DNA of 64,000 bases from Desulfacinum sp. (GCA_014359885.1 JACIYN010000070.1:5856-69855); one strand, 5' to 3'. Counted from the first letter of the stretch, positions 1 to 10,091 are shown. A program made the numbers and translations. Notes: generated from the sequence alone by a model not told the origin.

Positions 1-728
1 ACCCGGGCGCCGGCCGGGCCGATGGTCCAGCAGATGAGCACCTGGGCCGGTCCGGACTTGATCTTCACCAGCTGGGCGGTCATGTCCGTGTCGCTCACCC
101 CGAAGGCCTCTTCGGCCACGATCTCCATGCCGTATTCCGGAGCCAGTTTTTTGAGCCAACCCAGGCCGTCACGGCCGAAACCGTCGGTGGCGTGGAGCAG
201 GGCCACCTTGGTCCAGCCCTTTTCCTTGAGATAGCCGTAGATTTTCCGGACGGCCACGGACGTGCGCTGCGGGGTCTTGAAGGTCCAGGTGAAGGGGCCG
301 AACTTTCCGCCCGCGATCACGGGATCGCCGCCCACGGTCATGATGGTGGGGATCTTGGCCTTTTCCGTATAGGCCTTGACGGCCATGCCCGTTCCGGTCC
401 GCGTGGGGCCGATGAGCGCCGTCACCTGGTCCTTTTCCACCAGGCGCTTGGCCACCATGAGCGCCTTGGTGGGATCGCCTTCCGTGTCTCCGATCACCAG
501 TTCCAGGGGCCTGCCGTTGATGCCGCCTTCCTTGTTGATCTTGTCCACCACCATCTCGGCCACCAGCTTGGTGGGTGTTCCGATGGACGAGGCGGGCCCG
601 GAAAGGTCGAAGAAGGCGCCGATCTTGATGGGTTCCATCGCCCACGCGGGCGAAAATCCCAGACAGATCGCGACCAGAACGGCCGCCGCCGCGGTGAGGG
701 CTTTCCGTGCACTTCCACGTTCTTTCAT
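1..728 (-). CDS. Branched-chain amino acid (LivJ/K-type) ABC transporter substrate-binding protein, 3' end outside window
   Basis: Manual translation from ATG 728 (RBS AAGGAGG): signal peptide MKERGSARKALTAAAAVLVAICLGFSPAWA, then EPIKIGAFFDLSGPASSIG...INKEGGINGRPLELVIGDTEGDP, typical of PBP1 Leu-binding family. Confidence 0.9.
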   Translation of the reverse strand, partial: MKERGSARKALTAAAAVLVAICLGFSPAWAMEPIKIGAFFDLSGPASSIGTPTKLVAEMVVDKINKEGGINGRPLELVIGDTEGDPTKALMVAKRLVEKDQVTALIGPTRTGTGMAVKAYTEKAKIPTIMTVGGDPVIAGGKFGPFTWTFKTPQRTSVAVRKIYGYLKEKGWTKVALLHATDGFGRDGLGWLKKLAPEYGMEIVAEEAFGVSDTDMTAQLVKIKSGPAQVLICWTIGPAGAR

Positions 729-823
729 GGCAACCTCCTTGTGGCGTTAGGCGTTGGGCGCCGTTCCCGGTGCGCTGCGCACCGGAGAAAAACGACGCGA
801 ATGACCGGCAATCGGCATGGCGA

Positions 824-855
824 CTGTAGGGGCGAATAATCATTCGCCCCTACAG
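824..855. repeat. GTAG-type REP palindrome (family A)
   Basis: CTGTAGGGGCGAATAATCATTCGCCCCTACAG; related copies at 7409, 16363, 20304, 50410, 63450. Confidence 0.85.
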
Positions 856-932
856 CCGGCGAATCCGGAACGTCCAGAGCCATGTCTCAATGGATGATGT
901 GGCCTCTGCGTCTTGACAGCGGTTTTCCTGCC

Positions 933-2231
933 TCACTCTTCGCGGATGCGGTGGTCGAAGACCCGCTTGCTCTTGCGTTCCGTCCGCGGCAGGGACCCGT
1001 AGTCCACCACGTCCACATTGGCGCGGACCAGGATCTGGCGCCGGATTTCCGTGGCGATCCGTTCCTTCAGTTCGTCGTCTCCTTCCGGGGATCGACCCCG
1101 GGCCCGTTCCACGCGGATGATCATCATGTCCCGGCCGTCCTCCCGGTGGTGGAGATGGACCTGGTATTCGCTTCCCACACCGGGCATCTGGGAAAGCACG
1201 TGGTCGATCTGGCCCGGGTAGATGTTGACGGCCCGGAAGATGAACATGTCGTCCGAGCGGCCCAGCAGGTGGTCGTGACGCGGCAGCGGATTGCCGCAGG
1301 GACACGGCTCGGGAAGAAGCCGGGTGAGGTCCCGGGTGCGGTAGCGGATGAGCGGCGCCGCCTCCTTTCGGAGGGTGGTCACCACCATCTCGCCCAGCTC
1401 GCCGGGGGCCACCGGCTCCAGGGTTTCCGGGTTCAGGATTTCCAGGATGTAGTAGTCCGCCCAGTAGTGGATGCCCTGGTGGGCGGTGCATTCCAGGCCC
1501 GTGCCGGGTCCGTACAGTTCGGTGAGGCCGGGGATGTCGAAGATGTGTTCCGCTCCCGTGATGTCCTGGATGCGCTGGCGCATGCGGCGGCTGTGGCGTT
1601 CGGCGCCGAAGATGATCTTTTTCAGGGCGATCTTGTCCCGAAGGCCCCGCCTTTCGATCTCCTCGGCCATGAGCAGAGCCATGGAGGCCGTGGCGCAGAA
1701 GACCGTGGACTGCATGTCCACCAGCATCTGGCAGTGGATTTCCGTGTTGGCCGGGCCCACCGGGACGGCCATGGCCCCGAACCGCTCGCAGCCCAGCTGG
1801 AATCCCACCCCGGCGGTCCACAGCCCGTAGCCCACGGCGATCTGCACCCGGTCTTCCCGGGTGAGGCCCGCCATCTCGAAGCAGCGGGCGAACATCATGG
1901 CCCAGTCGTCGATATCCTTTTGGGTGTAACACAGGACCTTCCGCTTGCCGGTGGTTCCGGACGAGGCGTGGATGCGCACGATTTTTTCGAAGGGCACGGC
2001 CCGGAGCGGGAAGGGGTAGCCCGCCTGCAGGTCGTCGGCCGTGGTGAAGGGCAGGCGCCGCAGGTCGTCCAGCGAGCGGATCTTTTCGGGGGTCACGCCC
2101 GCCGCGTCCAGGCGCTGCCGGTAGAAGGGCGAATGGTGGTAGGCGTGGCTCACGGTCCACTGGAGGCCCTGCAGCTGAAGGCTTTCCAGGTCCTCGAGGC
2201 TGGACCGCACCGGCATGAAACTCACACTCAT
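933..2231 (-). CDS. paaK: Phenylacetate-CoA ligase family (aryl-acetate CoA ligase)
   Basis: 432 aa; IHASSGTTGK P-loop, GLTELYGPG, RYRTRD, GRSDDM, C-terminal RKSKRV. Confidence 0.9.
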   Translation of the reverse strand: MSVSFMPVRSSLEDLESLQLQGLQWTVSHAYHHSPFYRQRLDAAGVTPEKIRSLDDLRRLPFTTADDLQAGYPFPLRAVPFEKIVRIHASSGTTGKRKVLCYTQKDIDDWAMMFARCFEMAGLTREDRVQIAVGYGLWTAGVGFQLGCERFGAMAVPVGPANTEIHCQMLVDMQSTVFCATASMALLMAEEIERRGLRDKIALKKIIFGAERHSRRMRQRIQDITGAEHIFDIPGLTELYGPGTGLECTAHQGIHYWADYYILEILNPETLEPVAPGELGEMVVTTLRKEAAPLIRYRTRDLTRLLPEPCPCGNPLPRHDHLLGRSDDMFIFRAVNIYPGQIDHVLSQMPGVGSEYQVHLHHREDGRDMMIIRVERARGRSPEGDDELKERIATEIRRQILVRANVDVVDYGSLPRTERKSKRVFDHRIREE

Positions 2232-2250
2232 GGGGTGGCTCCTTTCGTGC

Positions 2251-3552
2251 TTACACTTTTTCTCGAAAGACGGTCTTGAATGTCAATCCTTCCTGGGGCA
2301 TCCGGTCGGCGGAAACCTCCTGCACCCGCACACCCAGGCCCAGCTCGCGTCGAAGGCGGCTTCGGATCTCTTCCAGGCGGTTGCCGCGCGTTTCATGGGC
2401 CTGCCCGGATCCTCCCCGGCGACAGATGAGCACCTCCAGGGTGTCTCCCAATCCGTACCGGGTGCCCACCACCAGGCGGTAGTCGGCGATGAGCGGATCC
2501 ACGGCCTGAAGGATCTTGCCCACCCGCTCGGGGTAGATGGGAATCCCGCGTACGCTCACTCTGTTGTCCGTTCTTCGGATCACGGGGGATAGCCGCAGCG
2601 TGGCCTGGCCGCAGGGACACGGTCCCGGGTCCCGCCGCACCACATCGCCCGTCCGGTATCGGATCAGCGGGTAGGCTTCCGCGGAAAGCGTGGTCACCAC
2701 CAGCTCGCCTTCCTCTCCCGCTTCCACGGGAAGTCCCGTGGCCGGGTTCACCACCTCCAGAAGGAAGTGGTCTTCGGCCGCATGAAAGCCGTTCTGTTGG
2801 GGGCACTCGCCGGCCAGGCCCGGCTCCACCATTTCGGAGACGCCGTACAGCCCGTAGACGGGGATGCCCAGAGTCGAACGGATTCGCTGCTTCAGGCGTT
2901 CCGGCGTGGGATCGGGGCCGAGGATCATGAGGTTCAGGTTCAGTTCGTGGCGTTCCCGGCCGCCGTATGCGTCGGCTTCCAGGGTGTCCATGAGGTGCAG
3001 GGCGAAAGACGGGGTGGTGGCGAGCACCGTGGAGCGGAAGTCCCGCATGATCTGGAGCTGCAGGCGCGCGGAGACGGTGGCCGACGGCGCCAGGGTGGCC
3101 CCGATGGCTTCCGCCGCGTGATTGAAGGTGAAGGCGCCGGGAAAGAGGCTGTAGTTGAAGGCCACCTGCACGATGTCCCGGTCCGTGATGCCCAGCCGCC
3201 GGAAGAGGCGGGCCATGAGCGATTGCCACAGGCTCACGTCCCTTTTCGTGAACCCGACCACGATGGGCCGCCCGTCCCGGCTGGTGGCGATCTTGAGGCG
3301 CACCACGCTCTTGAGCGGCACGGCGAAAAGGCCGTAGGGGTAATGGTCCGCCAGGTCCTCGCTGGTGGTGAAGGGAAACCGGCGCAGGTCCTCTTCGGTT
3401 TCCACGTCTTCGGGGACCATGCCCAGGGAATCCATGCGGGCCCGGTAGAAATCCACGTTCAAGTAGGCCCGGTTGAGGGTCATCTGGAGGCGCTCCAATT
3501 GGAGCTGTCGCAACGCCTCCCGGCCGTTCGTTTCCCGTTCCATCCCGTCCAT
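2251..3552 (-). CDS. Phenylacetate-CoA ligase family paralogue with degenerate P-loop
   Basis: 433 aa; YPYGLFAVP, YGVSE, RYRTGD, CPCG are present, but SSGTTG is replaced by TSRDG. Confidence 0.85.
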   Translation of the reverse strand: MDGMERETNGREALRQLQLERLQMTLNRAYLNVDFYRARMDSLGMVPEDVETEEDLRRFPFTTSEDLADHYPYGLFAVPLKSVVRLKIATSRDGRPIVVGFTKRDVSLWQSLMARLFRRLGITDRDIVQVAFNYSLFPGAFTFNHAAEAIGATLAPSATVSARLQLQIMRDFRSTVLATTPSFALHLMDTLEADAYGGRERHELNLNLMILGPDPTPERLKQRIRSTLGIPVYGLYGVSEMVEPGLAGECPQQNGFHAAEDHFLLEVVNPATGLPVEAGEEGELVVTTLSAEAYPLIRYRTGDVVRRDPGPCPCGQATLRLSPVIRRTDNRVSVRGIPIYPERVGKILQAVDPLIADYRLVVGTRYGLGDTLEVLICRRGGSGQAHETRGNRLEEIRSRLRRELGLGVRVQEVSADRMPQEGLTFKTVFREKV

Positions 3553-3632
3553 GGCCTTCCTCCGACCCCGAGGACCCTATCCGGGTCTGTTGTTCGCCGC
3601 CACCGAATGGGAGGCTGCCCAAAAGCGCTTAG

Positions 3633-3658
3633 TGGGCGGGGATAAACCCCGCCCCTAC
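3633..3658. repeat. REP-like palindrome (family B, GGGCGGGGATAAACCCCGCCC)
   Basis: Related copies at 33560-33585 and 46279-46302. Confidence 0.7.
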
Positions 3659-3699
3659 TTACCTTCCAACCATTGCCTGATGAAGGAACCGCACCCCCT

Positions 3700-3817
3700 T
3701 AACGCCCAACGCCCAACGCCCAACGCCTGACCCCTAACCCCTTACTCCTAACCCCTAACGCCTGACGCCTCACGCCTCACGCCTGACGCCTGACGCCTGA
3801 CGCCTCACGCCCAACGC
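3700..3817. repeat. Degenerate heptamer tandem repeat (CAACGCC/TGACGCC/TCACGCC/TAACCCC)
   Basis: About 17 in-register 7-mers directly downstream of the livF stop. Confidence 0.9.
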
Positions 3818-3819
3818 TC

Positions 3820-4545
3820 CTACCGTTCCCACTTGTGCCGGTAGTCCCTGCCCAGGTAGGCCCGCTGCACTTCGTCGTGTTCGGCCAGCTCCCGGGCCGT
3901 GCCGGAAAGAACGATCCGGCCGGTTTCCATCACGTAGCCGCGGTGGCAGACGTCCAGGGCGCCCAGGGCGTTTTGCTCCACGAGTAAAATGGTCGTTCCC
4001 TGCCGGTTGAGCTCCTCCAATGTGGCATAGATTTCTTCCACAATCAAAGGGGCCAATCCCAAGGACGGCTCGTCCAGCACCAGCAACTTGGGCCGGGTCA
4101 TGAGAGCCCGGGCGATGGAAAGCATTTGCTGCTCCCCACCGCTCAGGGTACCGGCCTTCTGGGTTTGGCGGTCCCGGAGAACGGGAAAGAGCTCCATCAT
4201 CTCATCCATGGTTTCCCGGAGCTTCCGGCGCCCATGGATGTAGCCGCCCAGCTCCAGGTTTTCCCGCACGGTGAGGTTGGGGAAGAGCTGGCGGGCTTCC
4301 GGGACCTGGGCCAGTCCCTTCCGCACGATCTCTTCGGGGCTCTTTCCCTGGATGGCCGTTCCCCGGAAGAGGACTTCTCCCGCCGACGGCCGGTGCATGC
4401 CGCTCAGGACCTTGAGCAGGGTGCTTTTCCCGGCTCCGTTGGCCCCCAGAAGGCAGACCCTTTCCCCTTGGTCCACGTGGAGGGTCACGCGGCGAAGCAC
4501 CGGGACGGCCCCGTAATGGGCGGAGATGTTCACCACCTTCAGCAT
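3820..4545 (-). CDS. livF: ABC transporter ATP-binding protein (LivF-like)
   Basis: GANGAGKST Walker A, LSGGEQQM signature, LDEPSLGLAP. Confidence 0.9.
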   Translation of the reverse strand: MLKVVNISAHYGAVPVLRRVTLHVDQGERVCLLGANGAGKSTLLKVLSGMHRPSAGEVLFRGTAIQGKSPEEIVRKGLAQVPEARQLFPNLTVRENLELGGYIHGRRKLRETMDEMMELFPVLRDRQTQKAGTLSGGEQQMLSIARALMTRPKLLVLDEPSLGLAPLIVEEIYATLEELNRQGTTILLVEQNALGALDVCHRGYVMETGRIVLSGTARELAEHDEVQRAYLGRDYRHKWER

Positions 4546-6407
4546 GCGGTCTCCTCGGTCCCGGAGTGGGCCTCCGTCCGCCCGGCCCGCCGTCCCGTGC
4601 CCAGGTACGCGGCGATCACCTTGGGATCCTTCTGGATCCTTCGCGGGGGGCCCTGGGCGATCACCCGGCCGTGCTGCAAGACCACCACGTGGTCGGCGTA
4701 TTCCATGACCACGTTCATGTCGTGTTCCACCAGCACCAGGGCCATGCCGTCTTTTTTTCGGGCTCCGATCCAGTCCATGAGGCGCCGGCTTTCATTGGGA
4801 TTGAGGCCCCCCACGGGCTCATCCAGCAGGAGGACGCAGGGTTCCAGGGCCAGGGCCCTGAGGATTTCCAGCACCTTTTGTTCGTAGAGGGAGAGGACGG
4901 CGGCGGGAAGGTCTTCCTTGCCTTCCAGGGGAGTGCCCCGGAGGGCCGCGCGCGCTCTTTCCCGGAGTGTCTCTTCTTCCCGGCGTTCCGCCGGTGTGTG
5001 CCACAAAGCCTTCCAAAAACCGGCCCGTCCGGACAGATGGAACCCCAAAAGCAGGTTGTCCAGCACGCTCAGGTGGGAAAACATCTGGACCGTCTGGAAG
5101 GAGCGCCCGATGCGGGCTCGTGCCACCCGGTGCGCCGGAAGGCCCGTGATGTCGCCTTCTCCCGCCAGGATCCGCCCCTCCTGGCACGCCACGAGGCCCG
5201 AGACGACGTTGAGCAGCGTGGTCTTCCCGGCGCCGTTGGGGCCGATGAGGGCCGCGATTTGCCCCGGCTTCACGGTGAAGGAAACGTCCTGGAGGGCCTG
5301 GAGGCCGCCAAAACGAACGGAAACGTTCTGGACGGCCAGCGCGTCCCGGTCGGGTGGGCTTCCGGAATCGGGTCGCGGGATGGGGCGGACGGTGGCGCGG
5401 GGTGCCGGTGCGTTCCCCCTTTTTCCACTTTCGGGTGCCGTTCCACGAAGGCGCCGGAAAGCCGCCCGCAGCCCGGCCGCGGCGGCGGGCGCCAGCCCGT
5501 GGGGAAAGAAGACCAGGGATCCCATGAGCAGCAGGCCGTAGATGAGCACATGGAGGTCTTCGAACCGGTGCAGCAGTTCGGGCAGGCTGGTGAGCAGCGC
5601 GGTTCCCACCAGGCCGCCCCAGAGGTTTCCCATGCCGCCCACCACCACCATGGTGACCACCTGCACGGAGTAGAAGATGTCGAAGGTCTTGGGACTGATG
5701 AAGGTGACGTAATGGGCGTAGCAGAAGCCCGCAAAGGCCGCCAGGACGGCACTCAGGACGAAGACCCCCACCTTGTAGGCGTGGGTGGGGACGCCCAGGG
5801 TGCGGGCGGTCAGTTCCTTGTCGTGGATGGCTCGCAGGGCCCGACCGATGCGGGAATGTTCCAGGTTGAGCAAGAGGGCGAAAACGATGAAAAAGGCCGC
5901 CCAGATGAATCCATAGAAGGAACGGTCGGTATCCATCACCAGGGGGCCCAGGTGCAGGGCGGGAATGCCCGGGAAGCCGGAGGGCCCTCCGGTGAGTTCT
6001 TCCATCTGGTTGAGGCAGATGCTCACGATGATGTTGAAGCCCAGGGTGGCCATGACCAGGTAATGCCCTTCCAGGCGCAGGGTGGGTACCGCCAGCAGAA
6101 AGCCCAGCAGGGCGGCCGTTGCCAGGGCGGCGGCGAGACCGGCCCAAAGCGGCCACCCGAGGGTGGTGGTCACGATGGCGCTGGTGTAAGCACCCAAGCC
6201 GTAGAAGGCGGCGTGGCCCAGGGAGATCTGGCCCGCGCAGCCGATGAGGAAGTTGAGCCCGAGAACCACCAGGGCGTTCAGGGCCATGATGTTGAAGAGA
6301 ACGAGGAAGTAGTCGTTGGGAAGCATCAGGGGGAGGACGGCGGCGACGGCCGCGACGGCCGCGAGCAGCTTCCAGTCCTTGGGGACAAAGGGCAGGCGCT
6401 CCGTCAT
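4539..6407 (-). CDS. Fused LivM-type permease / LivG-type ATPase
   Basis: N-terminal GQISLGHAAFYGLGAY permease, Pro-rich linker, C-terminal GPNGAGKTT and LLDEP. Confidence 0.9.
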   Translation of the reverse strand: MTERLPFVPKDWKLLAAVAAVAAVLPLMLPNDYFLVLFNIMALNALVVLGLNFLIGCAGQISLGHAAFYGLGAYTSAIVTTTLGWPLWAGLAAALATAALLGFLLAVPTLRLEGHYLVMATLGFNIIVSICLNQMEELTGGPSGFPGIPALHLGPLVMDTDRSFYGFIWAAFFIVFALLLNLEHSRIGRALRAIHDKELTARTLGVPTHAYKVGVFVLSAVLAAFAGFCYAHYVTFISPKTFDIFYSVQVVTMVVVGGMGNLWGGLVGTALLTSLPELLHRFEDLHVLIYGLLLMGSLVFFPHGLAPAAAAGLRAAFRRLRGTAPESGKRGNAPAPRATVRPIPRPDSGSPPDRDALAVQNVSVRFGGLQALQDVSFTVKPGQIAALIGPNGAGKTTLLNVVSGLVACQEGRILAGEGDITGLPAHRVARARIGRSFQTVQMFSHLSVLDNLLLGFHLSGRAGFWKALWHTPAERREEETLRERARAALRGTPLEGKEDLPAAVLSLYEQKVLEILRALALEPCVLLLDEPVGGLNPNESRRLMDWIGARKKDGMALVLVEHDMNVVMEYADHVVVLQHGRVIAQGPPRRIQKDPKVIAAYLGTGRRAGRTEAHSGTEETAC

Positions 6408-6411
6408 GGGA

Positions 6412-7302
6412 TCAGAGCCTCCGTACCCGTTCGCTGCCGAAAAGGCCGGCCGGGCGCACGAAAAGGATGCCCAGGAGGATCAGGAAGGCGAAGGCGTCCT
6501 TGTAGGCGGAGGACACAAAGCCCGCCCCCAGGGATTCCAGGAGCCCCAGGAGGTATCCGCCCACCACGGCGCCCAGCGTGGACCCGTAGCCGCCCAGGAT
6601 GGCTCCCGCAAAACCCTTGAGGCCCAGCATGAGGCCCGTGCTGTAGCTCATGCTGGTGAGCGGTGTGATGAGGACGCCGGCCAAGGCCCCCACGGCTCCA
6701 GCCATGGCGAAGGCCAGGGCCACGAGCTTCCTCACGGAGATTCCCACCAGGGCGGCTCCGTAAGGGTTGTCGGCCACGGCCCGCATGGCCTTCCCCACCA
6801 GGGTGTGGCGGTAGAAAAGATAGAGGAGGACGAGGACGCCCAGCGAGATGCCGATCACCCAGAGGGTCTGGGGAAGCACGGCCGCGGACCAAACGATGAA
6901 CGGGGTGTCTCCGCCCATGGCCGGCAGGGTGTGCACGTTCTTTCCCCAGGCCAGCATGCTTGCTCCGCGAAGGCTGATGGAGGCGCCCACGGTGATCATC
7001 ACCAGCACCAGGACCTCCCGGTTCCGGGCCCGGCGCAAGGGGCCTCCTTCCATCGCCACGCCCACCAGCGCGGTGAAGGCCATGGCCGCCACAAAAGCCA
7101 AGGGCATGGGCAGTCCCCAGGCTTTCAGCAGGGTGACGGCCATCAGCCCCCCCAGCATGACGAAATCGCCCTGGGCGAAGTTGACGATGCCCGTGGCGTT
7201 CTGGACCAGGCAGAACCCCAGGGCGATCAGGGCGTAGACGCTCCCGTTCGTGATTCCGGAGACCACGAACTGGGGCAGTTGCTGGAGGAGCATGGAATCC
7301 AT
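6412..7302 (-). CDS. livH: Branched-chain amino acid ABC transporter permease (LivH-like)
   Basis: GSVYALIALGF, NFAQGDFVMLG, GKAMRAVA, RPAGLFG. Confidence 0.9.
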   Translation of the reverse strand: MDSMLLQQLPQFVVSGITNGSVYALIALGFCLVQNATGIVNFAQGDFVMLGGLMAVTLLKAWGLPMPLAFVAAMAFTALVGVAMEGGPLRRARNREVLVLVMITVGASISLRGASMLAWGKNVHTLPAMGGDTPFIVWSAAVLPQTLWVIGISLGVLVLLYLFYRHTLVGKAMRAVADNPYGAALVGISVRKLVALAFAMAGAVGALAGVLITPLTSMSYSTGLMLGLKGFAGAILGGYGSTLGAVVGGYLLGLLESLGAGFVSSAYKDAFAFLILLGILFVRPAGLFGSERVRRL

Positions 7303-7380
7303 GGATTGTTTCCCTGTCCGGTTTGTCCGCCCGGTCCTTCCTGTTTAACCCCCGTCACGGGGAGCCCGTGACAGCAAAAG

Positions 7381-7473
7381 ATCAAACGCACCTTTGGGAA
7401 GCAGGCCCCTGTAGGGGCGAATGATTATTCGCCCCTACAGCGCGCGCACGAACGCAACGAAGTCGCGTTTCAT
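7381..7473. mobile_element. ~95-bp MITE-like element with AT(G/C)AAACGC...GCGTTTCAT ends and an internal family A REP
   Basis: Near-identical to 63422-63516; partial or degenerate copies at 20269-20333 (inverted) and 50380-50450. Confidence 0.7.
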
Positions 7474-7539
7474 ATAGATAGCGGTCGATCTTCTCGTTCG
7501 ATTACCCTATGGCCCGTAGCCAGTATCCCCCACGTCGGA

Positions 7540-7574
7540 TCACCCATCACCCATCACTCATCACTCATCACCCG
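7540..7574. repeat. Heptamer tandem repeat (TCACCCA/TCACTCA)
   Basis: Five units overlapping the iorB stop codon. Confidence 0.8.
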
Positions 7575-8121
7575 CCCCGGATCCCGCTTCCAGGGCGGCC
7601 AGGTTGGCGTCCCGGCGGGGGCCGCCCAGCGCCTCCAGCACCCGGCGAAGATCGTCCAGCGAGCAGAAGAGGGCTCCCGATGCGGCGGCAAAGCCCAGAA
7701 GGACCAGGTTGGCGGCCACGGGGTTCCCCAGCCTTCGGGCGATTCCGGTGGCGTCCACGTCCCCCGGCCCGGTCCGGGGCGTCCGGTTGCACACCAGGAC
7801 GCCGTCCGGGCTCAGGAAATGTCCATGGGCCTTCACACCTTCCTCGTGGAGCGCCAGCAGCACGTGGGCGTGTCCGGGGCGGATGAGCGGGCTCGCGTGC
7901 CAAGCCGGGTCCATCACGGGATCCGGTCCGCCTGCCTCCCTCTCCCTCTCCCTTTCAAACACCTTGACGTGGGCGATGACGTTTCCGCCTCTTTGCGCCA
8001 TGCCGTGGGTTTCGGACATGAGCACGGAAAGGCCGCGGGCCAGGGCCGCTTCGCCCAGGATCTTGCTGACAAAGAGAACCCCTTGGCCTCCCAGTCCGCT
8101 CAGGATGATCTGCTGCTTCAT
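7561..8121 (-). CDS. iorB: Indolepyruvate:ferredoxin oxidoreductase beta subunit
   Basis: Start MKQQIILSGLGGQG overlaps the iorA stop; SETHGMAQRGG motif. Confidence 0.9.
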   Translation of the reverse strand: MKQQIILSGLGGQGVLFVSKILGEAALARGLSVLMSETHGMAQRGGNVIAHVKVFEREREREAGGPDPVMDPAWHASPLIRPGHAHVLLALHEEGVKAHGHFLSPDGVLVCNRTPRTGPGDVDATGIARRLGNPVAANLVLLGFAAASGALFCSLDDLRRVLEALGGPRRDANLAALEAGSGAGDE

Positions 8122-9977
8122 GAGTGGTTCGACTCCTTGCCCGCCTGCGACGGGATCTGGATGGCGTCGTGGGGACAGACGTGAACGCAGACGCCGCAGC
8201 CGCTGCACAACACGTCGTCCACCGTGACGGCTTCGTCTTTTCCGTGAAATACCAGGGCGGGGCATTCGAAGTGGGTGATGCAGAATCCGCATCCCTGGCA
8301 CTTGTCGTTGATGGCCGGAACCGGCTTTCGATCCGGTTTCGGCTGCTTGCGGTCCATGAGGCACGGACGCCGGGCCACGACCACCGCCATGCCCCCGTGT
8401 TCCGGATCCCGGGTGTGTTCCCCGGCGGCCTTGAGGAGGTCGGTGAACGCTTGGAAATCGTAGGGATCACCCACACTCACGTGCCGCACGCCGCAGGCGC
8501 GGGCCAGATCCTCGATGGACACCTTGGGAACGGGGCGGCCGTCCAGGGTTTTCCCTTCGGCGGGGGTGGGCTGGTGTCCGGTCATGGCGGTGGTGGCGTT
8601 GTCCAGAACCACCACCACGAACCGACACCCCTGGATGACGGCGTTGATGAGTGCCGGAATGCCGGCGTGGTAGAAGGTGGAATCGCCGATGGTGGCCACG
8701 ATGGGCCGGCTGTTCTGTCCGGAATCCCGGAAGGCGTGGTAGAAGCCCGCCGCCTGGCTGATGGACGCGCCCATGCAGAGCACCGTGTCCACGGCTCCCA
8801 GGTTCAACCCCAGGGTGTAACAGCCGATGTCCCCGGGGTAGATGCCGCGGGGAAAGGCCTTGCGGATGGCGAAGAAGGCGGCGCGGTGTCCGCAACCGGC
8901 GCAGAGGGTGGGGCGGCGGCCCGGGGCGGCGGCTCCCTGGGGGGAAGCGGCTTCGGGCAGGCCCGCGAAGACCCTCACCAGGCCTTCCACTGTTTCGGGC
9001 AGCAACTCTCCCTGCCGGGGGACGTGCCCGGAAAGGCGGCCCAGCACCTTCGTCCGATCCCGGAATTGGGCCTCCATCACCGGCTGGGTTTCTTCGAGAA
9101 CCAGGATCCGGCGGGCCTGGCCCAGGAGGCCGGTCAGGAAATCTTCCGAAAGCGGAAACGGCATGGGGGCGTAGTAGAGAGGGATCTCCTCCCAGAGGCC
9201 CAGATCCTTGAGGACTTCCGAGGCGTGGGCGCAGACCGCACCCGAGGCCACGATCACCCCGGCGGCTTGGGCGACGCGGGCGGCGGGGTTGAGCTGCACG
9301 GGCTGCAAACGCCCATCGCGGCTGACGGCGTCCAGCTTTTCGTTGAGCTGCTTATGGAGCAGGAACCGGAACTTGGGAGTGGCGGCCCACCGGGCCGGGT
9401 CCTTTTCGAACCGGGGAGGGGGCTGCTCCTGCCGGAAGGGGCGGATTTCCATGTCCTGGCGCGCATGGCAGACCCGCGTGGTGGGTCGAAAGAGCACCGG
9501 CACTTCGTAGTCCTCGGAAAGTTCGAAGGCCGCGTGGAGAAGGTCCCTGGCGTGGGCCGGACCCAGGGGATCCAGGACGGGCACCTTGGCCAGCATGGCG
9601 AACTGTCGCGTGTCCTGTTCCGTCTGGGAGCTGTGGGGGCCGGGGTCGTCCGCCACGATCACCACCAGGCCGCCCTTGACGCCCGTGTAGGCCGCGCTCA
9701 TGAAGGGATCGGCTGCCACGTTCAGCCCCACCTGCTTCATGGCCGCGGCGGATCGCCTCCCGGCGTAGCTGTTGGCCAAGGCCGTCTCCAGCGCCACCTT
9801 TTCGTTGATGGACCATTCCACGTGCATGGCGATGGATCCGGATCGCTTCAAGGCCGCCAGGGTGCCCACGATTTCCGATGCCGGAGTGCCCGGATAGGAC
9901 GCCGCCAGGGTGCAGCCGGCTTCCAGCAGGCCGTAGGCCATGGCTTCGTTGCCCAACAAGATCTTTCTTTCTGCCAA
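8118..9977 (-). CDS. iorA: Indolepyruvate:ferredoxin oxidoreductase alpha subunit
   Basis: LLGNEA, YPGTPASE, MKQVGLNVAAD, PHSSQTEQD, LCAGCGHR, GDIGCY, GDSTF, TTAMTG, C-terminal 2x[4Fe-4S]. Confidence 0.93.
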   Translation of the reverse strand: MAERKILLGNEAMAYGLLEAGCTLAASYPGTPASEIVGTLAALKRSGSIAMHVEWSINEKVALETALANSYAGRRSAAAMKQVGLNVAADPFMSAAYTGVKGGLVVIVADDPGPHSSQTEQDTRQFAMLAKVPVLDPLGPAHARDLLHAAFELSEDYEVPVLFRPTTRVCHARQDMEIRPFRQEQPPPRFEKDPARWAATPKFRFLLHKQLNEKLDAVSRDGRLQPVQLNPAARVAQAAGVIVASGAVCAHASEVLKDLGLWEEIPLYYAPMPFPLSEDFLTGLLGQARRILVLEETQPVMEAQFRDRTKVLGRLSGHVPRQGELLPETVEGLVRVFAGLPEAASPQGAAAPGRRPTLCAGCGHRAAFFAIRKAFPRGIYPGDIGCYTLGLNLGAVDTVLCMGASISQAAGFYHAFRDSGQNSRPIVATIGDSTFYHAGIPALINAVIQGCRFVVVVLDNATTAMTGHQPTPAEGKTLDGRPVPKVSIEDLARACGVRHVSVGDPYDFQAFTDLLKAAGEHTRDPEHGGMAVVVARRPCLMDRKQPKPDRKPVPAINDKCQGCGFCITHFECPALVFHGKDEAVTVDDVLCSGCGVCVHVCPHDAIQIPSQAGKESNHS

Positions 9978-10035
9978 TCCTTCCTCCTCTTGCTCGGAAC
10001 TCCATTCGGTCCGTTACGTGGGAAATGCGGCAATG

Positions 10036-10070
10036 AAAAAGGCCGTGGGGGTGAAGCCGCCCACGGCCTT
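10036..10070 (-). terminator. Intrinsic terminator (attenuator stem 3:4) upstream of iorA
   Basis: Minus strand AAGGCCGTGGG-cggcttcac(c)-CCCACGGCC followed by TTTTT. Confidence 0.85.
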
Positions 10071-10091
10071 GGACCTTCCTTTCACATGGCT

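Noticed and set aside
4539-6407. LivM-LivG permease-ATPase fusion
   Set aside because: A common architecture among branched-chain-type ABC systems
7561-8364. Longer ORF-track starts for iorB, and likewise paaI, tsaE, acpS, phoH, mazG, nadE and the deacetylase
   Set aside because: Upstream extensions overlap neighbouring genes or repeats and lack homology; downstream starts fit RBS and family N-termini better
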